This document shows, piece by piece, positions 8,774-18,683 of a DNA stretch of 64,000 nt (the first letter of the stretch is position 1; every line of letters begins with the position of its first letter). The notes under the pieces are model-generated. The model made no database searches. It saw only the letters and a program-made list of their open reading frames with translations, and was not told the origin of the DNA. Position numbers and translations under genes: made by a program. The DNA is from Fidelibacterota bacterium. Lineage in GTDB: Bacteria > Fidelibacterota > Marinisomatia > Marinisomatales > JACNKV01. The stretch lies in contig JACNKV010000084.1 in assembly GCA_014381855.1 (NCBI GenBank), forward strand, positions 22,341-86,340. The letters are read 5' to 3'.

Positions 8774-9699
8774 TCGTCCAATCCTTTCCGTGCAAATTCT
8801 GAATCCATCAAATCTTGTAATCCTAATTTTTTGATATTCATATCTTTCATTACAGCGGATTGAGCCGTTTGCATCACCTGAAAAAGGACTTTTCTTGTAC
8901 GCCCGTAAAAATGGAATATATTGTTCATCCGGCTGGGAGTCACCACCGTAGAGATTGAACATAATTTCTTATATAACTCATCAGATAATTCTTCAAACTC
9001 TATCTGGAATTGATGAAATTCGAGTGTGCTTTCTAATAATTTATCTAGATTCCCATCCAAAACAATCTTTCCATTGTCCATCACTAAAATCCTGTCGTGT
9101 GCTTGTTCAACCTCATGAAGTAACTGACTGACATAAATGATTGTTTTTTCGCTTTTTAATTTTTTCAGCAAATCCCAGACTTGTCTGTGTGACTGCGCGT
9201 CCATAAATGCAGTGGGTTCATCTAAAATAACGATTGTCGGATCATGCACCAAGGCACGGATAATCATAGCTTTTTTAGCGATGCCTGAGGAAACATTTCC
9301 CGCTTTTAGATTGAGATATTCTGACATATCGAGGCGGTGTGCATACGAGTGAATCCGTTGAGTAATCACGGCATTCCGGACACCATACAATAACCCAATA
9401 AATCGAATATTCTGATCCAAAGTAAGCCATGGATCTAAATCAATACTGAGTGGGACGTATCCGATGTTTTCACGAATTTCTTTTCGCCGTTTTACACTAT
9501 CTAGACCGTGAATAAATACTTGTCCATACTCCGGGTTCTCAAAACCGGCAAGCACGCGTAGCAAAGTAGATTTTCCCGCATCATTATCACCAATTATTGC
9601 AACGATTGAACCTTTTTCTATCCCAAAGGTTAACCCGGCAAGGATTGTCTTATCCCCGGCTAATTTCCCGACCTTTTTTAGTGTTACACTTGCTTCCAT
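8770..9699 (-). CDS. ABC transporter ATP-binding protein (motifs diverged)
   Basis: Walker A-like IIGDNDAGKSTLLRVLAG, Walker B TIVILDEPTAFMD, signature region NVSSGIAKKAMIIRAL. Confidence 0.85.
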   Translation of the reverse strand: MEASVTLKKVGKLAGDKTILAGLTFGIEKGSIVAIIGDNDAGKSTLLRVLAGFENPEYGQVFIHGLDSVKRRKEIRENIGYVPLSIDLDPWLTLDQNIRFIGLLYGVRNAVITQRIHSYAHRLDMSEYLNLKAGNVSSGIAKKAMIIRALVHDPTIVILDEPTAFMDAQSHRQVWDLLKKLKSEKTIIYVSQLLHEVEQAHDRILVMDNGKIVLDGNLDKLLESTLEFHQFQIEFEELSDELYKKLCSISTVVTPSRMNNIFHFYGRTRKVLFQVMQTAQSAVMKDMNIKKLGLQDLMDSEFARKGLDE

Positions 9700-9801
9700 T
9701 GATTTATTGTTGGGTGTTTTTCGTTAGGTGTTTGGTGCTAAAATTTTGTTTTGTCTTCCTAATCAAATTAGTTGTAACCTATTACTTTTTTATGTCTCCT
9801 G

Positions 9802-12522
9802 TCAATGTGCTTCAAACCACGAATTTCCGATTCCACAATTTACAACTATCGGGACACTTAACGGGAGTGCCTCTTCCATCTTTTTTAGCACAAGAGTTTT
9901 TACAACTTCAATTTCATCTTCGGGAACTTCAAAAATTAATTCATCATGGATTTGCAAAATCATTTTTGTTTTCAACTCATGTTTAATAAGATCCTTATGA
10001 ATATGAATCATGGCAAGTTTAATCATCTCGGCAGCGGTTCCTTGTATTGGCATATTAATTGCCATACGCTCTGCCGCTTCCCGAAGATTACGGTTGTCAC
10101 TATCCGCATTCCACACTGGACGTCGCCGACCCAGCATCGTCTCCACATATTTATCTGTTCTGGCTTTTTCTAATGTCTTGTCGATATAATTTTGAATCCC
10201 GCTATACTGCCGGAAATACGTATCAATAAGTGCCTGAGATTCCTGCCGAGGAATCCCCAACTCCTGACTCATTCGAAACGGACCTGCACCATACATAATC
10301 CCGAAATTCACAATTTTAGCTGTTCGGCGCATCTCGGGTAATATTTCCTCAATAGGGACACCAAATACTAGACTTGCCGTTCGCGAATGGACATCCTCTC
10401 CTTCTTCAAATGCCTGGATTAGCCCGGGGTCTTGGCTTAAATGCGCCATAATTCTCAATTCAATTTGGGAGTAATCTGCAGAGAGGATTTTCCAACCATC
10501 CTGCTGGGCGGTAAAAGCTTTTCGAATTTCCTTCCCAATCTCTGTGCGAATCGGAATATTTTGGAAGTTTGGCTTGCTGCTGGAGAGCCGTCCTGTGGCA
10601 GCGACCGTTTGATTAAATGATGTATGAATTCTTCCCGTCTCCGGGTGTATTGTCTCTTTTAACGGATCCAAATATGTATGTTTTAGTTTATATAATTTTC
10701 GATACTCTAATATCAACTTTGGCAGGGGATGAATATCTTTTAATTGCTCGAGGACTTCCACAGCGGTTGATCGTTTCCGTATCTTTGGTAAACCTACAAT
10801 ATCAAACAAAATACTTGCCAATTGCTGAGTGGAATTCACGTTGAATTCTGTTCCGGCTTCTTTCACAATGGAAGATGTGAGTCCGTGAAGAGTTTTTCCT
10901 AAGTCATAGGACATCTCCCCCAACACCCGTTTATCCACATACACACCGTTGTGTTCCATATTAACTAAGACATCTATCAACGGCAATTCAACATCCGTAA
11001 AATATTTGTGAAGCGATTGTTCTTCCAGCTTCTTTTGAAAAATCGACGTTAATTGCCGTGTAATATCTGCATCTTCCGCCCCGTAAAACGCCGATTTATC
11101 AAATGGGACTTCAGCCATGGTAATCTGGCTTTTCCCCTTCCCAATCAGCTCCTCGATCGGGACCATTTGATAGTTCAGATTTTCCATCGCTAGCACATCT
11201 AATTTACGCGATCCCGCATCAGGATTGATCATGTGTGACGCAATCATCGTATCAAATGCAATGCCATTTAATTGTATGCCATATCGGTTGAGAATGAGCG
11301 CATCGTACTTAATATTTTGACCGGTTTTCGGTATCGCCGTATCTTCTAATATTGGTTTTAGGATGGATAGTACCGCTTCCGTTTCATCTTCTCCAAAATA
11401 GGTTTCCGTTTTGTCTTTATGCATCACCGGGATGTACATCCCTTCATCTTCTTTTACCGAAAAACAAAATCCGACTATCTCCGCCCGCATGGGATCAACC
11501 GAAGTGGTTTCCAAATCAACTGAGAGTATCTCACCCTGAGTTAACTGCTTAAAATATGCTTGAACATCTCCCTTTGTTTTCAGAATTTTATAGACTTTTT
11601 TCGGCTGGGATATCGTTGGTTTTTTCGTATCAGTCAACGAGGGTAATTGCCGTTTTAAACCGGAGAATTCAAACTCAGTGAATAGAGCGTCTAAAGCTTC
11701 TATATTCATTGCCGTTCGTTCCATTTCCGGGATGGATGCATCCAGTTCAACGTTCGTGTCGATGGTCACTAATTCTTTACTCAATATGGCGTTATCACGG
11801 TATTCCAGTAGTCCGTTTCTGACGCGTTTGTTTCCAACTCTTTCCGCATTTTCCAACGATGATTCCAACGACCCAAATTCCTTGATGAGTTTTACAGCAG
11901 ACTTTTCCCCAACACCGCGAACACCCGGAATATTATCCGAGGAATCACCCATCAGTCCAAGTAAATCAATTATTTTTTCTGGTGGAACACCCCATTTTTC
12001 TATGACTTTTTCTCGGTCGTAAATTGTCAAATCTTTATTCCGGGTTCTTGGGGCATATAAAAATACGTGGTCATTCACCAACTGCATAAAATCTTTATCG
12101 CCACTGACAATGTACACATCAAAATCGTGTGAAGTGCCTTGTTTGGCTAATGTCCCGATAATATCGTCTGCTTCAAATCCGGGTTTAGATAGTGAAACAA
12201 TTTGCGTAGCATTCATTAATTTCCATAAATGCGGGAGTTGCTCTTTCAGCTCATCCGGCATTTTTTCCCGCGTGGCTTTATACTCCGGGTATTTATCGTG
12301 GCGGAATGTTTTCTCCTTGGAATCAAACACGGCAGCGATATAATCCGGCTGTTCTTTTTGGACCAGCTTTAGCAATTGATTCATAAACCCAAATAACGCA
12401 CTTGTATGCAATCCGTAACTGGTAATGAGCGGATTCCGAATCAAGGCAAAATGCGACCGGTACAACATGGCATAGCCGTCAATGAGAAAAAGTCGTTTGC
12501 GGTGATTTTTTTTTGAAGTCAT
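9802..12522 (-). CDS. polA: DNA polymerase I with 5'-3' exonuclease, 3'-5' exonuclease and polymerase domains; ORF track start is 12585, start placed at MTSKKNHRKRLFLIDG
   Basis: FLIDGYAMLYRSHFA; SVDLETTS; SADYSQIELRIMAHLS; KIVNFGIMYGAGPF; QIHDELIFEVP. Confidence 0.95.
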   Translation of the reverse strand: MTSKKNHRKRLFLIDGYAMLYRSHFALIRNPLITSYGLHTSALFGFMNQLLKLVQKEQPDYIAAVFDSKEKTFRHDKYPEYKATREKMPDELKEQLPHLWKLMNATQIVSLSKPGFEADDIIGTLAKQGTSHDFDVYIVSGDKDFMQLVNDHVFLYAPRTRNKDLTIYDREKVIEKWGVPPEKIIDLLGLMGDSSDNIPGVRGVGEKSAVKLIKEFGSLESSLENAERVGNKRVRNGLLEYRDNAILSKELVTIDTNVELDASIPEMERTAMNIEALDALFTEFEFSGLKRQLPSLTDTKKPTISQPKKVYKILKTKGDVQAYFKQLTQGEILSVDLETTSVDPMRAEIVGFCFSVKEDEGMYIPVMHKDKTETYFGEDETEAVLSILKPILEDTAIPKTGQNIKYDALILNRYGIQLNGIAFDTMIASHMINPDAGSRKLDVLAMENLNYQMVPIEELIGKGKSQITMAEVPFDKSAFYGAEDADITRQLTSIFQKKLEEQSLHKYFTDVELPLIDVLVNMEHNGVYVDKRVLGEMSYDLGKTLHGLTSSIVKEAGTEFNVNSTQQLASILFDIVGLPKIRKRSTAVEVLEQLKDIHPLPKLILEYRKLYKLKHTYLDPLKETIHPETGRIHTSFNQTVAATGRLSSSKPNFQNIPIRTEIGKEIRKAFTAQQDGWKILSADYSQIELRIMAHLSQDPGLIQAFEEGEDVHSRTASLVFGVPIEEILPEMRRTAKIVNFGIMYGAGPFRMSQELGIPRQESQALIDTYFRQYSGIQNYIDKTLEKARTDKYVETMLGRRRPVWNADSDNRNLREAAERMAINMPIQGTAAEMIKLAMIHIHKDLIKHELKTKMILQIHDELIFEVPEDEIEVVKTLVLKKMEEALPLSVPIVVNCGIGNSWFEAH

Positions 12523-12532
12523 CCGATGCTTT

Positions 12533-14335
12533 TCAGTCATCCCCAAGTTGTAAAACGGCAAGAAGGGCTTCCTGCGGGATTTCAACTTTCCCGATCATCT
12601 TCATTCGGCGTTTTCCTGCTTTTTGTTTTTCCCACAATTTCCGCTTCCGACTGATATCTCCGCCGTAGCATTTTGCAGTAACGTTCTTTTTTAACGCCCG
12701 GATGGTTGTCCTGGCGATGATACGGGTTCCAAGAGTCGCTTGAATCGCCACTTCAAACATCTGTCGCGGAATAAGCTCTTTCAATTTACTGCATAAGGCA
12801 ACACCTCGATGATATGCATCATCCGCGTGGCAAATAGTCGAAAGAGCATCTACCGGTTCTCCATGAATCAGGATGTCTAATTTTTTTAAAGCACCGGTTC
12901 GAAATTCTGATATGGTATAATCAAACGAAGCATATCCCCTTGTGGACGATTTCAATTTATCATAAAAATCAAAAATGATTTCAGCTAAAGGCAATTCGTA
13001 ATGTAGCTGAGCTTTATCCGCAGATAGATAATGCGTTGTCTTGTACTTACCGCGTTTTTTTTGGCAAAGGGTCATAATGTTCCCAATATATTCGCTGGGG
13101 GTTATTATCTCTGCGGTGACAATCGGTTCAAGTATTTCACGAATTTCCCCAGGGGCAGGCATTTTTGCCGGTGTATCCACCTCAATGGTTGTCCCGTCTT
13201 GCTTCAATATTTTATACCGAACGTTCGGTGTGGTTGTAACAAGATCCAGATCAAATTCACGTTCAAGCCGCTCTTGAACGATTTCCATGTGCAAAAGACC
13301 TAAAAACCCCGCACGGAACCCAAAACCAAGTGCTTCGCTCGTTTCCGGCTCATAGTTTAATGAGGCATCGTTCAATTTCAATTTATCTAATGCCATTCGG
13401 AGTTGTTCGTAATCGTCAGCATCTGCAGGATAAAGCCCTGAAAACACCATCGGCTTAATTTTTTTGTATCCCGGGAGGCGTTCTTCCGCCTTATTCTGTT
13501 TTGCCGTAAGCGTATCTCCCGGCTCAATATGTTCCATATCACGAATGTTTGCAATGACATACCCTACATCACCTGAGCGAAGTTCTTTCGCCGGAACTTG
13601 TTTCATGATGAAATGTCCAACTTCGGTAATGTCGTATGTGATGCCATGCGAAAAGAATTCAGCGGTCATTCCCGGTTTGAGTACACCGTCAAATACACGA
13701 ACGTACGGAATCGCTCCACGGTAATTATCATACATAGAATCAAAAATCAACGCACGGGTTGGTTCATCATTCTTGTCTTTCGGAGGTGGAATCTCCCTAA
13801 TAACAGCATTAAAAATATCCTGAATACCATCACCTGTCTTCGCACTTACATGGATAATGTCTTCTTTATCACAGCCAATTAATTCAATAATTTGATCTGT
13901 AACCTCTTCAACACGGGACGCCGGGAGGTCAATTTTATTTATGACTGGGATCAGGACGAGTTCATTCTCTATGGCAAGATACGTATTACTGACGGTTTGA
14001 GCTTCGACACCTTGAGCTGCATCCACAAGCAGCAATGCGCCTTCGCATGCGGCTAACGAACGGGAAACCTCATAAGAAAAATCTACATGACCCGGTGTAT
14101 CAATTAAATTTAACGTGTAATTCTGTTTGTCATGATGAATATACTTCATTTGAATTGGGTGACTTTTAATGGTAATCCCGCGTTCTCTCTCCAAATCCAT
14201 GCTGTCCAACACTTGTGCTTTCATCACTTTGGATGAAAGTGTATGCGTCTCCTCCAATAACCGATCAGCTAAGGTTGATTTCCCGTGATCGATGTGTGCA
14301 ATGATACAAAAGTTTCGTATATGGGCTGTGGACAT
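12533..14335 (-). CDS. lepA: Elongation factor 4 (LepA)
   Basis: [62 protein letters not shown]; C-term AKCYGGDISRKRKLWEKQKAGKRRMK. Confidence 0.98.
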   Translation of the reverse strand: MSTAHIRNFCIIAHIDHGKSTLADRLLEETHTLSSKVMKAQVLDSMDLERERGITIKSHPIQMKYIHHDKQNYTLNLIDTPGHVDFSYEVSRSLAACEGALLLVDAAQGVEAQTVSNTYLAIENELVLIPVINKIDLPASRVEEVTDQIIELIGCDKEDIIHVSAKTGDGIQDIFNAVIREIPPPKDKNDEPTRALIFDSMYDNYRGAIPYVRVFDGVLKPGMTAEFFSHGITYDITEVGHFIMKQVPAKELRSGDVGYVIANIRDMEHIEPGDTLTAKQNKAEERLPGYKKIKPMVFSGLYPADADDYEQLRMALDKLKLNDASLNYEPETSEALGFGFRAGFLGLLHMEIVQERLEREFDLDLVTTTPNVRYKILKQDGTTIEVDTPAKMPAPGEIREILEPIVTAEIITPSEYIGNIMTLCQKKRGKYKTTHYLSADKAQLHYELPLAEIIFDFYDKLKSSTRGYASFDYTISEFRTGALKKLDILIHGEPVDALSTICHADDAYHRGVALCSKLKELIPRQMFEVAIQATLGTRIIARTTIRALKKNVTAKCYGGDISRKRKLWEKQKAGKRRMKMIGKVEIPQEALLAVLQLGDD

Positions 14336-14408
14336 AGAGTGAAGTTACCTGTGAAACGTTAACAAGCGAAAGACAGTATTTATCTGAAAAATATCTATGA
14401 AAAATATT

Positions 14409-15203
14409 TTAGTTTTTCATCAACAAAACATCAAAAACACCGGTGAGGTTTTGTCCGGCAATCCCAATAAATTTGGGCTGAAACAAAGAGTCCACTTCTG
14501 TTTCTTCTGTGATTTGCGTATTTCCAAGCAGTTCGTAAGATACCATCTCAGTTGTATCTGCTGAATATAGCGTGACAAACGTTGTATCTTCCCCAACGTC
14601 TATCCAGTCTGTTAGTGTGATAGATGTTAGATCTATATAGTCCATGCTAAGCGGATAAAAACGATCAAAGGTGTAATGAGCAGCTTTCAGAGAAAACGAG
14701 AAGATTGATTCTGTGGTAATCACGGCGGGAACATTCTCTTCGATGGTGTCTGAAGAAGATTCTGCCGTTAGCACAAACTCTAATACACCACTAAATTGGT
14801 TTCCTTTCACCATAATCTTTTCAGGAAAATAATACACAGAATCCACGGTGCGTTGTTCTACGAGTATTTGACTCTTATTTATCACCCACGTTTTTTGGAC
14901 AATACCCTGATCATTCAACAGCCATATTTGAGAAGTATCCTGAGTACTTCCGGTATAATCGGCAACAATCAAGGCAGAAGTGATTTTCATCCCATTGGAC
15001 AATTTTAAATTTAAATCATAGGTTTCTTCAAAGGAATATACTTCTCCTCTAACCGCAAATGTAAATACAGAATCTGCATTCACAACCACCGGATAATTTT
15101 CAACCAACCCATGTTGTGGTTCCGGCGGTCCCACACACGAAAAGATAAAAAACACAAAACCGAGTGCTAAAATCCAAGTTGTTTTTTTCATACTAATCTT
15201 CAA
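14409..15203 (-). CDS. Hypothetical lipoprotein with two related domains
   Basis: Lipobox-like FFIFSC after hydrophobic N-terminus; ENYPVVVNADSVFTFAV and ENVPAVITTESIFSFSL repeats. Confidence 0.6.
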   Translation of the reverse strand: MKISMKKTTWILALGFVFFIFSCVGPPEPQHGLVENYPVVVNADSVFTFAVRGEVYSFEETYDLNLKLSNGMKITSALIVADYTGSTQDTSQIWLLNDQGIVQKTWVINKSQILVEQRTVDSVYYFPEKIMVKGNQFSGVLEFVLTAESSSDTIEENVPAVITTESIFSFSLKAAHYTFDRFYPLSMDYIDLTSITLTDWIDVGEDTTFVTLYSADTTEMVSYELLGNTQITEETEVDSLFQPKFIGIAGQNLTGVFDVLLMKN

Positions 15204-16539
15204 TTTGTTTCACCTCATCATCCTCAAACGGTAATTCTAAAATCTCTTGTGACTCAATTGATGTAAATGTTTCAACATCTTTTAATTTACGTTCTAAAAC
15301 GTTTGTTCTAGTCGTCCTTAGTGATTCCAATGTCCCGGAAGCTGTGTTTATTTGTTTGTGTGCTTTTGCTAAAACGCCGGAAAATTGTTTAAATTCATGC
15401 TTGACCGCCTTTAAGATATCCCACACCTCGCTACTTCTTTTTTGAACAGCTAATGTTCTAAATCCCATATTTAGACTGTTCAATACTGCAGATAATGTCG
15501 TTGGCCCAGTTACTGTTATCTTGTATTTATTTTGTAGCGTTTCAAATAGTCCCGGGTGCCTTAACACCTCTGCATATAAACTTTCTACCGGTAAAAACAT
15601 AATTCCAAAATCTGTAGTGTGCGGTGGGTCAATATATTTTGAGCTGATATCCTTTGCGGATTTCTCTATTGCTTTTATTAATCGTTTTTGAGATGCCTCA
15701 ATTTCATTTTTGTCTCCTCGATCAAACGCCTCAAGTAAAGTATGATAATCTTCTATCTGAAATTTAGAATCAATAGGCATCCAGACTTCTTCACCAGATT
15801 CCTTTCCCGGTAGTTTTATCGCAAATTCAACGTTTGCTTGGCTTCCTTTTTTAGTTGCTACATTTTTTGCATATTGATCGGGAGAGAGTATTTGTTCTAA
15901 GATATTTTCGAGTTGATACTCACCTAATATACCGCGTGTTTTTACATTGGCTAATACTTTTTTGAGGTCGCCAACTCCAGTGGCAATATTTTGCATTTCA
16001 CCCAGTCCTTTATGCACTTGCTCAAGGCGATCACTGACCTGCTTAAATGACTCTCCAAGCCGTTTTTCCAAAGTGGTTTGTAATTTCTCATCAACTGTTT
16101 TTCGCATTTCATCGAGTTGTTTACTGCTATCTTCACGAATAGACTTTAACTGCTTTTCAATGGTGTTTTCAACGTGCTTTATATTATCCGTCGCTTGTTT
16201 ATTTATCTCCGTTTGTTGTTTGTTTAAATCTCCGAATTTTTGTCTTAATATCTCGTTAAGTTCTTTAATGCTATCAGAAAATATAACATCAAATGATTTT
16301 AAGGATTTCGATAACTCTTCCCTATTTGATGTCGCTATTTCATTTGTTTCTTTTCGATTTCTTTGAAAATCATCTTTAATAGATTTTTCAATTCGATCTA
16401 ACGATATATCAAACTTTACGATTGCTGATTCTACTTCTTTCAATTGTGGTTTAATATCAAAAGACTCTTTCTTTTTTACCCCTATAACAATATTTACTAT
16501 TACAAGGATAATTAAGATACTTAGTAATACTTCAATCAT
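15193..16539 (-). CDS. rmuC: DNA recombination protein RmuC family
   Basis: Coiled-coil N-term, then GVLGxx-type KTRGILGEYQLENILEQILSPDQYAKN..PIDSKFQIEDYHTLLEA..HTTDFGIMFLPVESLYAEV..GPTTLSAVLNSLNMGFRTLAVQKRSSEVW. Confidence 0.92.
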   Translation of the reverse strand: MIEVLLSILIILVIVNIVIGVKKKESFDIKPQLKEVESAIVKFDISLDRIEKSIKDDFQRNRKETNEIATSNREELSKSLKSFDVIFSDSIKELNEILRQKFGDLNKQQTEINKQATDNIKHVENTIEKQLKSIREDSSKQLDEMRKTVDEKLQTTLEKRLGESFKQVSDRLEQVHKGLGEMQNIATGVGDLKKVLANVKTRGILGEYQLENILEQILSPDQYAKNVATKKGSQANVEFAIKLPGKESGEEVWMPIDSKFQIEDYHTLLEAFDRGDKNEIEASQKRLIKAIEKSAKDISSKYIDPPHTTDFGIMFLPVESLYAEVLRHPGLFETLQNKYKITVTGPTTLSAVLNSLNMGFRTLAVQKRSSEVWDILKAVKHEFKQFSGVLAKAHKQINTASGTLESLRTTRTNVLERKLKDVETFTSIESQEILELPFEDDEVKQIED

Positions 16540-16599
16540 AAGTACGCTCTACTCTTAAATTTCTTCTACCAACGGATAATAAGAAATTACCGACAAACA

Positions 16600-18075
16600 T
16601 CAGACACCCAACATATCCAAAACCAAACGGACGACATTTCCGGTAGCACCTTTTTTCGGGCCATACGGTTTTTCTTTTTCTCCCCAAGCAGTTCCGGCAA
16701 TATCGAAATGTGCCCAAGGGATATCCTCACCAACGAATGCATTTAGGAATGAAGCACCTGCGATAGTTCCGGCTTGTCGGGCTTCTCCCATGTTTTTCAC
16801 ATCTGCAATCTTAGATTTCACCTGATCCAAATACTCGTCCCACATTGGTAATTCCCACACTTTTTCTCCGGTATTTTTCGACGACGTTTGGATTTTGTTA
16901 ATCAAGGCGTTATCAGTACCCATAATTCCGGTAGCGATGTGCCCTAACGCAACCAGCACTGCACCGGTAAGGGTGGCAAAGTCCAAAATATACGCAGGGT
17001 CAAAGTGTTTACTCACGTAGGCTAATGCATCCGCAAGAATCAACCGTCCTTCAGCATCTGTATTCAGAACTTCGATGGTTTTCCCGTTGTATGCAGTCAA
17101 AATATCTCCGGGTTTTATGGCTTTACCTCCGGGCATATTTTCAGTAGAAGGAATCGCAGCGATAATGTTCATTTTTGGTTTGAGTGCTGCCACGGATTTC
17201 ATCACACCCATCACCACACCGGAGCCACACATATCGAACTTCATTTCATCCATAGAGGCTGATCCTTTTAGAGATATTCCGCCACTGTCAAATGTGAGTC
17301 CTTTCCCGACCAACACAACCGGTTTCTCATCTTTTTCACCACCATAATACTCCAGTAAAATGAATTTCGGGGGTTCATCCGTTCCTTGAGCAACACCAGC
17401 AAAAGATCCCATTCCCATATTTGTAAATTGTTCACGGTCAAAAACGGTTAAAGTCATGTCGCCTTCTTTTGCAATTTTTGCGGCTTCACCGGAGAGTCTG
17501 GTAGGTGTCATAACGTTGCCGGGATGGTTTCCAAGATCTCTGGCAAAACAAACGCCGGCTCCAATAACCGCACCCTTTTCTATCTGGGGTTTATCCCCAC
17601 TTAAAATTACGGCGGATGTCAACGTGAACTGTTTTTGATTATCCTTTTTTTCAGTTTTGTAATCCAAAAACTGATAACTTCCCATCACCAGCCCTTCTGC
17701 TAGAGGTTGACATGCGTCCTCTTTCGTATATTTGCAAAAACATTCAACCGCAGGATGATCAATCTCCAAGGATGTCGTCACTTTTGCAATTGCTCCACCT
17801 GCTTTACGAACTTCCTCTGAATTAAATTTATCCTTTTTCCCAAGTCCAACGACCAAAATACGTTTTTTATCCATATAAAACCGGCTGATTTTACCGGATT
17901 TTCCTTTGATGTCACCCATCTTAATCGCTGCCGTGATTTGTCCGTTTAATGCAGCATCAACTTCTTTTGCGATGTCTGTTAATAGTCCATCTTCAAACAC
18001 ACCGACGGCAATCAAACCGGCTTGGATTTTTGACCACGATTCAGTGGAATGATTCACTTTTTTCAAATAACTCAT
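16600..18075 (-). CDS. pepA: Leucyl aminopeptidase (M17)
   Basis: VLVGKGLTFDSGGISLKGSASMDEMKFDMCGSGVVMG and NTDAEGRLILADALAY. Confidence 0.96.
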   Translation of the reverse strand: MSYLKKVNHSTESWSKIQAGLIAVGVFEDGLLTDIAKEVDAALNGQITAAIKMGDIKGKSGKISRFYMDKKRILVVGLGKKDKFNSEEVRKAGGAIAKVTTSLEIDHPAVECFCKYTKEDACQPLAEGLVMGSYQFLDYKTEKKDNQKQFTLTSAVILSGDKPQIEKGAVIGAGVCFARDLGNHPGNVMTPTRLSGEAAKIAKEGDMTLTVFDREQFTNMGMGSFAGVAQGTDEPPKFILLEYYGGEKDEKPVVLVGKGLTFDSGGISLKGSASMDEMKFDMCGSGVVMGVMKSVAALKPKMNIIAAIPSTENMPGGKAIKPGDILTAYNGKTIEVLNTDAEGRLILADALAYVSKHFDPAYILDFATLTGAVLVALGHIATGIMGTDNALINKIQTSSKNTGEKVWELPMWDEYLDQVKSKIADVKNMGEARQAGTIAGASFLNAFVGEDIPWAHFDIAGTAWGEKEKPYGPKKGATGNVVRLVLDMLGV

Positions 18076-18100
18076 ATTTTCCTCTTATTAATTTTTGGGT

Positions 18101-18520
18101 TTAATCTTTTGGGACGACTAAAACAGGACAATTGACATGGTTGACGATTCCTTCATCAACGGAATCAAAGAATTTTTCTTTGAAGGCATTCATCTTGCGA
18201 TGCCCCAAAATCAAGAGATCAACATCATCGGCTGCTTTCGTAATTTCTTTGTGGATAACCTCACCGGTTAAAATACGGATAATTAAACGATTCGCAATTT
18301 CTTCATGTCCGGCAGATCGAAAAAGATTGCGAATATCCTCTTCAGTAAACCGATGCCCCGGTGTGTCCATCATCATAGACATTTCACCGGCATGCGTATC
18401 ATTAACATGAACCACAATCATTTTCGCATTGAACGAATTTTTGATTCGAATAGATTCATCAATTAATTTTATCTCGTTGCCATTCCCGGACAAGGCAACC
18501 ATTATTCGTTTGTAACTCAT
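18101..18520 (-). CDS. Universal stress protein family
   Basis: MSYKRIMVALSGN..DLLILGHRKMNAFKEKFFDSVDEGIVNHVNCPVLVV. Confidence 0.85.
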   Translation of the reverse strand: MSYKRIMVALSGNGNEIKLIDESIRIKNSFNAKMIVVHVNDTHAGEMSMMMDTPGHRFTEEDIRNLFRSAGHEEIANRLIIRILTGEVIHKEITKAADDVDLLILGHRKMNAFKEKFFDSVDEGIVNHVNCPVLVVPKD

Positions 18521-18683
18521 GATAATTTCCTACAGTTATATGGATAAATTTACCAGTTCACGTCCATCAATCGGAACTGATTTCTTGGATAGTTTAATAA
18601 AGTAAACGAGTTAACGGGTAAAAGAGTTAATAAGTTTGTGAGTTCTTGAGTTTGTGAGTTGCTTTTTTCCCACGTTTACGCAT

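Noticed and set aside
8774-8962. N-terminal 63 aa of ORF 8024..8962
   Set aside because: Overlaps the conserved 3' end of the ABC ATPase and lacks membrane-protein character; the start at 8773 gives the usual ATGA coupling.
18545-18552. TAAATTTA upstream of the usp gene as a third promoter of the rpsL type
   Set aside because: The nearest TTG is only 15 nt away and the flanking TGTATTT/TAGG parts are missing; kept out of the motif set.
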